This document shows, one piece after another, positions 19,604-29,781 of a DNA stretch of 64,000 nucleotides (position 1 is its first letter; each line of letters begins with the position of its first letter). The translations under genes were made by a program, and so were the position numbers. The stretch spans positions 224,001-288,000 of the forward strand of contig CAXXXD010000002.1 of the NCBI GenBank assembly GCA_963663385.2, written 5' to 3'. The notes under the pieces were generated by a model, which saw nothing but the letters and a program-made list of their open reading frames with translations, had not been told where the DNA came from and made no database searches. The stretch comes from Oceanispirochaeta sp. Lineage in GTDB: Bacteria > Spirochaetota > Spirochaetia > DSM-2461.

Positions 19604-20593
19604 ATGAAAAAGTTATTATCAGTCCTGTTACTGTTAACCGTGATTTTTACGGGTTGTCAGAAATCGGATTCTGCATCTGCGGATGTCTCGTCAGCGGAAG
19701 CGGAATCTACTGCAGATCAGCTCTATATTGAAGTGTCCGCATTGGGCAACCTCGATTATTTCTACGACCACAAAATGGGAATGGAAATGGCTGGTAAAGA
19801 ACTCGGCGTCCGTACGGAATATGTAGGACCCGCAGAATATGATATGAACGCCATGGTAGCGGCTTTTGAATCCGCGATCGCCAAAAAACCGAACGGGATA
19901 GTCGTTGTCGGTTTTGAACCGTCCCTGAATTCAATCGTTAATAAAGCAATTGCAGAAGGGATCCCTGTTGTCACAGTCGATGCTGATCTTCCGGATTCCG
20001 ACCGGCTTGCCTTTGTAGGTACCGGGAACTTCGGTGCGGGAAAGCAGGGGGGAGAAAAACTGGCGGAAATGATCGGCGAGAAAGGGAAAGTAGCCATTAT
20101 GCTGAAACCGGGTCAATCCAATCTTGAAGAGAGGGTTGCCGGATATAAAGCTGCTTTTGCCTCTTATCCCGGAATCGAACTTGTCCAGCTTGTTGATACC
20201 CAGAGTGATCCTGTTGTTGCTGCTCAGTCTGCTTCCGCCCTTCTTCAGAAATATCCCGATCTGGCGGGTATCGCCTGTGTCGAAGCGGCCGGAGGTTCCG
20301 GTGCGGCTACTGCCATTCGTGAAGCCGGTAAGGCGGGAGAGGTTAAAATCATCGCTATGGACAGGGGGAATGAGGTCCTTGAAGGTATTGAAGAGGGGGT
20401 TATTTCCGCTACGGTTGCCCAGCAGACAGCTTTAATGCCCTATTATGCCACACAGATTCTGTTCAATCTGAACAACAGCAAGGTCGCTATAACAACAGAT
20501 AACAGTTCCGCCGGTGTTCTCGGTATCCCCGCGGCAGTTGATACAGGGACCGTTATTGTAGATAAGTCCAACTATAAATATTTTATGAGATAA
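19604..20593 (+). CDS. Monosaccharide ABC transporter (CUT2, RbsB-like) binding lipoprotein
   Basis: Lipobox FTGC; GIPVVTVDAD; FVGTGN. Confidence 0.92.
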   Translation: MKKLLSVLLLLTVIFTGCQKSDSASADVSSAEAESTADQLYIEVSALGNLDYFYDHKMGMEMAGKELGVRTEYVGPAEYDMNAMVAAFESAIAKKPNGIVVVGFEPSLNSIVNKAIAEGIPVVTVDADLPDSDRLAFVGTGNFGAGKQGGEKLAEMIGEKGKVAIMLKPGQSNLEERVAGYKAAFASYPGIELVQLVDTQSDPVVAAQSASALLQKYPDLAGIACVEAAGGSGAATAIREAGKAGEVKIIAMDRGNEVLEGIEEGVISATVAQQTALMPYYATQILFNLNNSKVAITTDNSSAGVLGIPAAVDTGTVIVDKSNYKYFMR

Positions 20594-20664
20594 ATAAAAC
20601 TGATCACTGCTGAAGCAGAGAATTGTGCAGTTCTTCCGCTGGATGCGGGAGAGCTGCTTAAAAT

Positions 20665-22191
20665 ATGGGAGAAATTATGTCTGACTGGATTTTGGAAGCA
20701 CGGGGCATAGAGAAAAACTTTCCCGGTGTACGGGCTCTGGCCGGTGTGGACCTTCAGATCCGTGAAGGGGAGGTTCATGCCCTTGTGGGAGAAAACGGGG
20801 CGGGGAAATCCACTCTGATGCTGACATTAAGCGGAATATACAAGCCCGATGGCGGAGTGATCTATCTGGAGGGAGAGAAAGTCCATTTTTCCTCTCCCCA
20901 TGATGCCAATCATAAAGGAATCAGTATTGTTTTTCAGGAATTGAGCCTGATTCCCGGACTCAGTATTGCTGAAAATATCTTTGCCAACAGGCAGCCTGTC
21001 GGGCGTATGAATATGATCGACTGGGAGACTCTTTATCGTCAGACCACAGAGCTGCTGGCCCTGTTTGATCTGGAGGAACTGCATCCTTCGACCCTTGTCC
21101 GGGAGTTGTCGGTTGCAAACCAGCAGGTGATTGAGATTATAAAGGCCATTTCCTTTAATCCGAAGGTTCTGATTCTGGATGAACCAACTTCATCTCTCAC
21201 AGAACATGAAGTAAAACAGTTATTTGCCAATATCAGGAAACTCAAGAAACAGGGGCTTTCCTTTATTTATATTTCACACCATCTCAGCGAGATATTCGAA
21301 ATTTCCGACCGTGTCTCAATTCTGAGAGACGGCCAGTATGTCTGCAGTGCAGATGTAAAGGATATTGATGAGGACTTTCTGGTTACCAATATGGTCGGGC
21401 GGGCTATATCTAATATGTACGGTCAAAGAGAGGCCCACCAGATAATAGGAAATGATCTGCTTACTGTTGAGAACCTGTCTGTGAAGGGGAAATTTGAGAA
21501 TGTGGGGTTTCATGTAAAAGCGGGAGAGATCGTGGGAATGGCCGGGCTGGTCGGTGCGGGAAGAACCGAACTGGCCCGGGCTGTATTCGGCGCCGAACCG
21601 GCGGATTCCGGAAAAATATTCTTGGACGGACGGAAGCTGGATATCCGCAACCCCAAGGATGCCATTAATCATGGCATCGGGTATCTGAGTGAAGACAGGA
21701 AAACCCAGGGGCTTATTCTGGATTTTTCCATTACCGAGAACCTGGTGGGAAATCACCTGGACGATTTTACTTCGGTATACGGCTTTTTAGATGATGGAAA
21801 AATCAGAAACTTTGCAAAGGAATGCAAACGGGATTTCGGAATTGTAACGCCTTCTCTTAATCAGAAGGTCTCCAAGCTTTCCGGTGGGAATCAGCAGAAG
21901 GTTCTGGTAGGCGCATGGATGGGTATCAAACCAAAGCTGCTGATTGTGGATGAACCGACCAGAGGCGTGGATGTCGGCGCCAAGGCGGAAATCTATAATC
22001 TGCTCCGGAACCTTGCCGCCCAGGGAGTCGGGATTCTGATGATATCCTCCGACCTGCCGGAGATTCTTGGAATGAGCGATCGCATTCTGGTTATGCAGAA
22101 TGGATGTCTGGTGGGGACTGTTCCCGGAAATGAAGCGACAGAAGAAAACGTAATGACCCTCGCAGCAGGGACTGTGGAAGGAGAAGTATAA
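20665..22191 (+). CDS. Monosaccharide ABC transporter ATP-binding protein (RbsA-like)
   Basis: GENGAGKST, LDEPT, LSGGNQQKV, DEPTRGVDVGAK; start may be 20677. Confidence 0.97.
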   Translation: MGEIMSDWILEARGIEKNFPGVRALAGVDLQIREGEVHALVGENGAGKSTLMLTLSGIYKPDGGVIYLEGEKVHFSSPHDANHKGISIVFQELSLIPGLSIAENIFANRQPVGRMNMIDWETLYRQTTELLALFDLEELHPSTLVRELSVANQQVIEIIKAISFNPKVLILDEPTSSLTEHEVKQLFANIRKLKKQGLSFIYISHHLSEIFEISDRVSILRDGQYVCSADVKDIDEDFLVTNMVGRAISNMYGQREAHQIIGNDLLTVENLSVKGKFENVGFHVKAGEIVGMAGLVGAGRTELARAVFGAEPADSGKIFLDGRKLDIRNPKDAINHGIGYLSEDRKTQGLILDFSITENLVGNHLDDFTSVYGFLDDGKIRNFAKECKRDFGIVTPSLNQKVSKLSGGNQQKVLVGAWMGIKPKLLIVDEPTRGVDVGAKAEIYNLLRNLAAQGVGILMISSDLPEILGMSDRILVMQNGCLVGTVPGNEATEENVMTLAAGTVEGEV

Positions 22192-22192
22192 T

Positions 22193-23143
22193 ATGAACTG
22201 GTTGAAATCAGTGATTAAACAGAGGGAGTTTATGATCTTTATGATCGTAGCTCTCCTGTTTGTGGTGATGATTTTTGCATCCCCCTATTTTTTAAGTACC
22301 GCCAATATTCTGGCTGTACTTCTCGGGTTGTCCCTGGAGGCAATCATTGCCGTGGCAATGGCCCATCTTATGGTCTCCGGCGGGTTTGATATGTCTGTCG
22401 GATCAATTGTTGCCTTTACAGGAGCCGTTACGGCAATGATGCTGCGGGCGGGTGTTCCTATTCCCGTCGCCCTGATTTTTGGTCTGGCTCTGGGAGCTGC
22501 CATAGGTTTATTTAACGGATTCGTTATTGCAAAAATAGGAATCAATCCCTTTGTAACGACTCTCTCTTCCTTAAGCCTTTTCAGAGGACTGACTCTGATT
22601 GTTACCAGAGGACAGAATATCACAGGGCTCCCCAAGGCTTTTAAAGCCATTGGACAGGCGAAGTTCTTCGGAATACAGACGCCCATTATCATTGCAGCCC
22701 TGCTGATAATCCTGGGAGATATTTTTCTGAGAAAATCCAGATTTTTCCGTCAGAGTTATTATATCGGCGGAAATGAGCAGTCCGCCCGTCTTTCCGGGAT
22801 TCCTGTGGATAAAATGAAAATCCTCGCCTATGTTCTGACCGGTCTGTTTGCTGCTGTTTCCGGAATCGTTATGACTGCCAGGCTGGGTTCGGCTTCTGTC
22901 ACAGCCGGTACGGGAATGGAACTGCGTGTTATTACTGCTGTCATTATCGGCGGCGCCAGCCTGCAGGGGGGGGAAGGATCCGTTCTGGGTGCCTTCCTGG
23001 GAACATTCCTGATGGCCCTGATAACCAATGCCCTTACCCTTCTGGGTGTGGATGTTTACTGGCAGACTTTTGTAATCGGGGGGACCCTGCTGACAGCTGT
23101 TCTGATCGATACTCTTTCAAAAAAATATAAGGCCATGGCATAA
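22193..23143 (+). CDS. Monosaccharide ABC transporter permease (RbsC-like)
   Basis: GGFDMSVG, GGNEQSARLSGI, IGGASLQGG. Confidence 0.95.
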   Translation: MNWLKSVIKQREFMIFMIVALLFVVMIFASPYFLSTANILAVLLGLSLEAIIAVAMAHLMVSGGFDMSVGSIVAFTGAVTAMMLRAGVPIPVALIFGLALGAAIGLFNGFVIAKIGINPFVTTLSSLSLFRGLTLIVTRGQNITGLPKAFKAIGQAKFFGIQTPIIIAALLIILGDIFLRKSRFFRQSYYIGGNEQSARLSGIPVDKMKILAYVLTGLFAAVSGIVMTARLGSASVTAGTGMELRVITAVIIGGASLQGGEGSVLGAFLGTFLMALITNALTLLGVDVYWQTFVIGGTLLTAVLIDTLSKKYKAMA

Positions 23144-23153
23144 GGAGACGGTG

Positions 23154-24410
23154 ATGACTGGTAAGGAAATACTGCAGAATGCTCTGAATCATAAGGACGG
23201 CCCTGTGCCGGTAGATTTTGGCGCTACCTCCGTAACGGGGATGCACTGTTCTGTTGTAGAAGGGTTGAGAGAATACTACGGACTGGAGAAACGTCCTGTT
23301 AAAATTCATGAACCCTATCAGATGCTCGGTTTTATTGAAGAAGATCTGCAGGAAGCTATCGGGATTAATGTATCAGGCGTATTTGCCAGGAAAAACATGT
23401 TCGGTTTTTCCAATGAGAACTGGAAGGAGTGGAGAACCCCCTGGAATCAGACGGTGCTGGTTCCGGGAGATTATAATGTTTCTGTGGAAGGGAAGGATGT
23501 GTATATCTACCCGGAAGGAGATACGTCAGTGCCTCCCAGCGGCAGAATGCCGGAAAGCGGCTATTTTTATGATGCTATCGTGAGACAGCCTGAAATTGAT
23601 GACGACAGTCTTAATCCGGAAGATAACCTTGAAGAATTCGGCCCCGTCAGTGAGGAGGATCTGGTTTATCTCAAGGCCGCCTGCGACGAGGCCGAGAAAA
23701 CCGGACAGGGTCTTGTCGCAACCTTCGGAGGCACCGCCTTCGGTGATATCGCTATGGTTCCGGCTCCGTTTCTGAAGTATCCCAGGGGTATCAGGGATGT
23801 TACGGAATGGTATATTTCCACAATGATAAGGGCCGATTATATTCATGCTGTTTTTGAAAAACAGAGTGAGATCGCCCTGTCCAATCTGGAAAAGATTTAT
23901 GCCGCTGTCGGGAATGTCCCCGATGCTGTTTTTATCTGCGGGACCGATTTCGGAACACAGAACTCCCAGTTCTGTTCGGTGGATACCTTTGAAGAGATGT
24001 ATGCCCCCTATTACAGAAAGATCACAGACTGGATTCATAACAATACAACGTGGAAGACCTTTAAACACTCCTGCGGCGCTGTGGAGCCTTTTATGTCTCC
24101 CTTTATTGACAGCGGGTTTGATATTATCAACCCTGTACAGTGTTCTGCCGATGGTATGGATCCCCGCCATTTAAAGGAGAGTTATGGAAAATCCTTGACT
24201 TTCTGGGGAGGCGGGGTCGATACTCAAAAGACTCTCCCCTTCGGGACTCCCGATGAGGTCAGAAAAGAGGTGCGTGAGCGGCTCGAAATATTCAGCAGAC
24301 AGGGCGGGTTTGTTTTTGACGCCATCCATAATGTACAAGCCTTGACTCCTGTGGAAAATATGGCGGCCATGATTGAAACAGTAAAAGAATTCAATGCTGA
24401 ACGCTCATGA
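23154..24410 (+). CDS. Uroporphyrinogen decarboxylase / MtaA-CmuA methyltransferase family protein
   Basis: GTDFGTQ, HSCG, NPVQ, FWGGGVDTQ, HNVQ. Confidence 0.88.
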   Translation: MTGKEILQNALNHKDGPVPVDFGATSVTGMHCSVVEGLREYYGLEKRPVKIHEPYQMLGFIEEDLQEAIGINVSGVFARKNMFGFSNENWKEWRTPWNQTVLVPGDYNVSVEGKDVYIYPEGDTSVPPSGRMPESGYFYDAIVRQPEIDDDSLNPEDNLEEFGPVSEEDLVYLKAACDEAEKTGQGLVATFGGTAFGDIAMVPAPFLKYPRGIRDVTEWYISTMIRADYIHAVFEKQSEIALSNLEKIYAAVGNVPDAVFICGTDFGTQNSQFCSVDTFEEMYAPYYRKITDWIHNNTTWKTFKHSCGAVEPFMSPFIDSGFDIINPVQCSADGMDPRHLKESYGKSLTFWGGGVDTQKTLPFGTPDEVRKEVRERLEIFSRQGGFVFDAIHNVQALTPVENMAAMIETVKEFNAERS

Positions 24411-24416
24411 GGATGA

Positions 24417-25916
24417 ATGGATAAAGAATACAGTATTCTTGTTATAGATGACGAACCTCTGGCCCGTCTTTCTTTCAGAAAGCTGATCGAAACACGGTTT
24501 CCGGGGTTCAATGTCTGCGGAGAAGCAGGGACCGGACCGGAAGGTCTTGAGTTTTTTCGCAGACTGCAGCCCGATATCGTTATGATGGATATTCAGATCC
24601 CTGATCTGAACGGTCTGGAAACTTCCCGGCTTATTCTGGAACGTCATCCGGAAGCGCAGATCATTATTCTTTCCGCCTATGATCAGTTTGATTATGTGCA
24701 GGATGCTCTGAATACGGGAATCCTCGGGTACCTGCTTAAACCTGTCAATGAGAAAAAACTGAGACAGCTTCTGGATAAAGCGGTTCAGAGAGTTAAAGGA
24801 TTTGAAGATTCTATAAGGGATTCTATTCAGCTGCAGAATTTCAGGGAAATTGCTGCGGGAGATATGGTTACATCATTTATTTACGGCAGCTGCGGTGGTC
24901 TGGATGCTGACTTTTATGCCGGCCATCATGAGCCTCCTGTTAAATCCGGTTATTTCCTGCTGTTCAGGATTGATGATATTTCTACTGAAGAGGGGACTGC
25001 AAAAGAGATAAGCAACTATCTGAAACACCTTCCGGGTGCTTTGCCGGGCAGGTGGATCGGAAGTATACTCCCTGTATTTATTTACAGTAGCAATAGCATC
25101 TCTCCGGACACCGTTTTTACAGAGGGAATCTCTCGCCGTCTGAGTATTCTGACATCCCGTAATGTAAAAACCGGTATGGGGGGGATTCAAACTCATCCTT
25201 CAGATTTCCCGTTATCCTTCTCTCAGGCTTTGGATTCTCTGGAATCAGGAGCTTTGCATCTGAACTCTGCCGTCCTTGAATACCCGAGGGATCTGGAAAA
25301 GCGTTTTCTCAGGTCTGCAGAAGAGGAGCAATGGGAGAGAGCCAGGGATTCAATCAATCTGTTTTTTGAAATGTTGAGCATGCCTGCCTGCAGTCTGGGA
25401 AATACACAAATGATTCTGAATGAGTTTCTTATTCTTTTCCGCCGTTTCATGGATGATAAAGGAGACCGGAACAGCAGCCATTTGATTTCCAATCTGCAGC
25501 GGAATATCTATCTGCATCATGATCGTCTTTCCATGCTGGAATGGATAGCCTCGTCACTTCTTGATCTGCTGTCTGTTCTTGAAGACAGTGAATCCTCTGA
25601 TGATCTGCAGATAAGGAAAGTTCTGAAGTATATAGATCTTAATGATTTTCAGGAAATAAGTCTCGAAACAGCTGCCGTTTCGGTAGGGCTGACACCCCAG
25701 TATCTCAGCAGGATCTTCAAGGACCGGTATAAAATGAACTTTCTGGAATATCTTATAAGCAGAAGAATGGAACTGGCCTGCCGCCTTCTAAAGGAAACAG
25801 GTCTGAGTATTAAGGAAATTGCACTTAAATCCGGATACAACGATGTAAATTACTTTGGCAGGGTCTTTAAAAAGCAGATGGCTGTGTCACCCCGCGAATA
25901 CAGGCTGAAATATTAA
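24417..25916 (+). CDS. YesN-type response regulator (REC + AraC HTH)
   Basis: DDE, MDIQIP, LLKPV; YLSRIFK, GYNDVNYFGRVFKK. Confidence 0.95.
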   Translation: MDKEYSILVIDDEPLARLSFRKLIETRFPGFNVCGEAGTGPEGLEFFRRLQPDIVMMDIQIPDLNGLETSRLILERHPEAQIIILSAYDQFDYVQDALNTGILGYLLKPVNEKKLRQLLDKAVQRVKGFEDSIRDSIQLQNFREIAAGDMVTSFIYGSCGGLDADFYAGHHEPPVKSGYFLLFRIDDISTEEGTAKEISNYLKHLPGALPGRWIGSILPVFIYSSNSISPDTVFTEGISRRLSILTSRNVKTGMGGIQTHPSDFPLSFSQALDSLESGALHLNSAVLEYPRDLEKRFLRSAEEEQWERARDSINLFFEMLSMPACSLGNTQMILNEFLILFRRFMDDKGDRNSSHLISNLQRNIYLHHDRLSMLEWIASSLLDLLSVLEDSESSDDLQIRKVLKYIDLNDFQEISLETAAVSVGLTPQYLSRIFKDRYKMNFLEYLISRRMELACRLLKETGLSIKEIALKSGYNDVNYFGRVFKKQMAVSPREYRLKY

Positions 25917-27379
25917 ACCGGGATACGGATGCGGCAGATTGTTCCCGGAGTGTCCATTGCCGTTATACTCAAACAGGGCCTCCCGTAGTTCAGTTCAAGC
26001 CGCCGGATAACATTTCGAATTCCCATGGACTTTGTTTCATAGTCAGGGTTCATTATTTCATTAATCCTTTCTGAAGATATTCCACAGCCGTTATCGCTTA
26101 TTTCTATCAGAACTCCTTTCTCCTCCTTAAATGCTTTCAGACTGATTGTCCCCGGACGGGAGATAGGCTCAAGGCCATGCTTGATGGCATTCTCAACAAG
26201 GGGTTGCAGGATAAGGGCAGGAACCTGTGTCTGCAGTATCTCTGCATCAATGTCTTCCCTGTAGGACAGTTTTTCTCCAAATCGGGTCTTTTGGATATGT
26301 ATATAACTGTTTATCAGTTCTATCTCTTCCTCCAGAGTCACGATTCTCTTCTGCATAACAAGATTGTAGCGAAGCAGGTCGGAAAGGTTTCGGATCATTT
26401 GTCCTGTCCGGGGTGCTTCTTCAAGGTTGCTTAAGGAATCAATGATGTTCAGGGTATTAAACAGAAAGTGCGGGTTGATTTGTGACTGAAGAAGAGCCAG
26501 TTCCGATTCTTTCAGAAGATTCTCTGTCAGGTGATGCTGAATTTCCCGGTCTTTCAGTTTCTGCTCAAGTTCAGCCTTCTCCTGAATCTCTTCAATCTGA
26601 CAGGTAATGTGCCTGGACATCTCGTTAAAAGAGCGGTACAAAATGGCTATTTCATCCTTCCGGGTGGGAACGTTAAGGTCTGTATGTTTTGCGTTTTTCC
26701 CGAACCGGATCAATTCCATGGCCAGCCGATGTATAGGTTTTGAGATAGATACACTGAAATTCCATGCCAGAAAATAGCAGAAGAGTATTATTATTAGGAG
26801 AACGCTGATATTGATTCTAAGGCTTTTATTCATCTGCATCTTGAAACCAAGGAAGAAGGATCTGAGATTATCCAGAAAGAGAGAATTCAGTTTGTCCAGT
26901 TCTTCCTGTATATATTCGGACAGGTTCAATAGATCGGATTCGGTTCTCCAGACATAAATGCTTTCTGCTCCTTCATCAAACATTTTAAGAAGATCAGCCC
27001 CCCTCTCACTGTAAGTATCGAACATGGCATTCAGGTCTCGCAGGGAATTCCTGATATCCTCATCATCAGTAATCCCTTTAAATTGATTCAACAGGCTTTT
27101 CACCATTGAATAGTCCTGTCTGTAGGATATAAGGTATTCGTCATTGCCGCTTCGGATATAATTGCTGATACTGCTGTTCATTAACTGAAGATGTTTATGA
27201 ATGCTGTGGAGTTCAATCTGATCGTCCACTTTCTTTGAGAGTACTCTATCCTGAGAAGTTATTCTGATCAGTGTATAACTGTTTAGACCTGCAAGGGTGA
27301 GGATTATAACAAAAAATGATCCCAGCAGTTTAAGCCTGAGACCGTAAGGTAGATTTTCCGGAATGTTACGGTTATCCAT
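25913..27379 (-). CDS. YesM-type sensor histidine kinase (HAMP + His_kinase)
   Basis: 2 TM, DEI HAMP motif, LQSQINPHFLFNTL, LQPLVENAIKHG. Confidence 0.95.
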   Translation of the reverse strand: MDNRNIPENLPYGLRLKLLGSFFVIILTLAGLNSYTLIRITSQDRVLSKKVDDQIELHSIHKHLQLMNSSISNYIRSGNDEYLISYRQDYSMVKSLLNQFKGITDDEDIRNSLRDLNAMFDTYSERGADLLKMFDEGAESIYVWRTESDLLNLSEYIQEELDKLNSLFLDNLRSFFLGFKMQMNKSLRINISVLLIIILFCYFLAWNFSVSISKPIHRLAMELIRFGKNAKHTDLNVPTRKDEIAILYRSFNEMSRHITCQIEEIQEKAELEQKLKDREIQHHLTENLLKESELALLQSQINPHFLFNTLNIIDSLSNLEEAPRTGQMIRNLSDLLRYNLVMQKRIVTLEEEIELINSYIHIQKTRFGEKLSYREDIDAEILQTQVPALILQPLVENAIKHGLEPISRPGTISLKAFKEEKGVLIEISDNGCGISSERINEIMNPDYETKSMGIRNVIRRLELNYGRPCLSITAMDTPGTICRIRIPV

Positions 27380-27470
27380 ACTCAGTATTGTACATCCTTT
27401 TACTTCAGAAAGTACATGTACTGCTTATAATACATCTGCCGGGAACCCTGCAGAAACAGGATACAATATT

Positions 27471-27974
27471 TCAATACCTCCTGCTGTCATAAGCCCAGTG
27501 CAGCAGGGCCTGCCTCTGCCTCTTCCGGCACTCAAGAACTCCGTGGGGGCAGTTAATCCTGATCTGGGCAATATGCCTGGTCATCTGCCTCCATCTTTTA
27601 ATCTGCCTCCCGTCATCATCCGACCGCCTGCCATTGTAGTAGCGGCAGTACCACTGGAACCAGCCTCTTGGATCCTCCGGATAAATCCACCCCTTCCGCT
27701 GCCAGTATTGAAGGCTTTTCGAAGCATTGACTCCAAAGAAATTTAAAGCCGGATCATGCTTTTCATGACAGAATCTCACCCCATCAAACCAGTCCTCCGG
27801 AAACTCATCTGTGCAGTCGCTCATATACTTCCCGCCGAAGACACCCAGTTTCAGCATCTCCCCCGGGGTGAGTTCCGGCTTAAAATCCGGATGGAAATTT
27901 TCTCCCTCCGGCTCTGTCAGTAAATAGCGGTAGTTCTTCTGCATAAGGTCGTTTACAACAATCTCTTTGATCAT
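27471..27974 (-). CDS. Conserved hypothetical protein
   Basis: FKPELTPGEMLKLGVFGGKY and DPRGWFQWYCRYYNGRR motifs; ATG 27974 lies 1 nt after the DegV stop. Confidence 0.8.
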   Translation of the reverse strand: MIKEIVVNDLMQKNYRYLLTEPEGENFHPDFKPELTPGEMLKLGVFGGKYMSDCTDEFPEDWFDGVRFCHEKHDPALNFFGVNASKSLQYWQRKGWIYPEDPRGWFQWYCRYYNGRRSDDDGRQIKRWRQMTRHIAQIRINCPHGVLECRKRQRQALLHWAYDSRRY

Positions 27975-27975
27975 C

Positions 27976-29781
27976 CTATTCTTTTTCAACCACCCCTATG
28001 GCCAGAGCGCCCCGACCCGAATGCATACCCACCACAGAGGATATATCGGAAATATAATCCGGTGCCTTTTTCAGAATTCCTTCAAGAAGAACGGAAAACT
28101 CTCCAGCCTTCTTTTCTGAGTCTGCATGGACTATGGCATAGGATTCTATTCCTTTCTCTTTTTCCGTATTCTGAATGATACGGGCAATTTTTTTCATAAG
28201 CTGCCCCCGGGTAAAAGCCTTGTCCATGGCTTTTCCTTTCCCCTTTTCATCCAGAGAGACAATCGGTTTGATCCGCAGAGCCCGGGCAATAAACCCTTTA
28301 AGCGGGCTCACGCGGCCTCCCTTTACCATGTATTTGAAAGTACTGACGCTTACATAGATTTTTATCCGCTTTTTCAGCGCCTCCGCAATTGAGACAAGCT
28401 CCTCAAAGCTTTTTCCTTCTGCCGCCTTAATGGCAACTTCTTTTACAAGCAGTCCCTGCGCCACAGAGTTGAGGCAGGTATCCAGAACGGCAATCCTTAA
28501 TTTGTCCCGGTTGAATCTTTCGGCCACTTTTTTCATCTGGTTCCAGGTCCCGCTGAGGGATTTTCCCACAGACAGAACAAGGATATTCTCGTAGTGTTCC
28601 AGAAGATACTGGTAAACAGACTGCACACTGGCCTCGTCGGGGAGGGAACTGCCCGGAAAGGAACTCCTCTGCTGCTGCTGGCGATAGAACTGTCCGGGGG
28701 TGATGGTTACCCGGTCTATATATTCCTCATTGTCCCAGAGTATTTTCAGGCTGATTACATGGACCTGATATTTATCCAGGATTTCCTGAGAAATATCCGC
28801 AATCGAATCGGTCAGGACAGCTGTTTTTGACAGTCTGTTGTTCATAACCTGTTCCTGCCTGATCATATCGTCCGCTTTCTGCTCGGCTACTTCCCCGTAT
28901 TTTCTCAAAAGATCCACAACCTCCCAGGGGTAGTTGGTATGGATATGTATGCGGTCCTTTTCTTTTCCTTTGCTGATAATCAGGGAGTCCCCTTTATCTG
29001 CCAGCTTCTCCTTCAGCACCTTATGGCTCGTCCGTGGTCTGTTTAACAGAATTTCCGTACAGTAGCGGTGTGTTACCCTGTTTCTCAGGCTGTGTCTGGT
29101 GGCTGTGCTTATAATACCGCTGAGGTATTCACTCTGATTTAAAGTCTTTCTGAAGGAAATAGGCACAGGCCCCTTGTAGCGGATCATTTCCGCTCCTTCC
29201 AGAAAGGAAACGACTCCCAGGGCTCCCGCATCAATTACATCATTGTCCTTTAGTACTTTAAGCTGGTTCTTTGTATTGCCCAGCACCTTTTGAGCTGTCT
29301 CCAGGGCTTTTTCAAACACCTGTCCCAGTGGTTTCCTGTCCCGGCTTTCCTGGTAGATGGAATCCGACCAGGCATTTAATACCGTCAGGATGGTTCCCTC
29401 CACAGGGGTTTCCATGGCGTCGTAGGCCATTTCCACCGATTTCCTGGCAGCTTCGGCAAATTCATGTATGGTAAGGGCGTCCTTTCCATCCGTATTAATG
29501 GCCAGGCCGTTCAGATACTGTGAGAAAATAAGCCCCGAATTCCCTCTGGCGCTTTCAAGGGATATACTGGCCATACTACTTAACACCTTTGAGGCGGATC
29601 TGTCCGATTCCAGACGGTTCACAATCATCTTGATGGTTCGCACAAGGTTGTTTCCCGTGTCCCCGTCGGCAACGGGAAATACGTTGATTTCATTCAGGTA
29701 CTCTCTCTGTTTCCGTATACTCTGGAAGCCCAGCAGAAAACTGTGATAAAAATGGTATCCGTTCAGGCAGGCTTCGTTCAT
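27976..29781 (-). CDS. DAK2 (FakA-like) + DegV (FakB-like) fusion; putative fatty acid kinase
   Basis: INVFPVADGDTGNN, ARGNSG, PVEGTILTV, DAGA; then TDS, LSGT, KGGR, MHSG of DegV. Confidence 0.92.
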   Translation of the reverse strand: MNEACLNGYHFYHSFLLGFQSIRKQREYLNEINVFPVADGDTGNNLVRTIKMIVNRLESDRSASKVLSSMASISLESARGNSGLIFSQYLNGLAINTDGKDALTIHEFAEAARKSVEMAYDAMETPVEGTILTVLNAWSDSIYQESRDRKPLGQVFEKALETAQKVLGNTKNQLKVLKDNDVIDAGALGVVSFLEGAEMIRYKGPVPISFRKTLNQSEYLSGIISTATRHSLRNRVTHRYCTEILLNRPRTSHKVLKEKLADKGDSLIISKGKEKDRIHIHTNYPWEVVDLLRKYGEVAEQKADDMIRQEQVMNNRLSKTAVLTDSIADISQEILDKYQVHVISLKILWDNEEYIDRVTITPGQFYRQQQQRSSFPGSSLPDEASVQSVYQYLLEHYENILVLSVGKSLSGTWNQMKKVAERFNRDKLRIAVLDTCLNSVAQGLLVKEVAIKAAEGKSFEELVSIAEALKKRIKIYVSVSTFKYMVKGGRVSPLKGFIARALRIKPIVSLDEKGKGKAMDKAFTRGQLMKKIARIIQNTEKEKGIESYAIVHADSEKKAGEFSVLLEGILKKAPDYISDISSVVGMHSGRGALAIGVVEKE

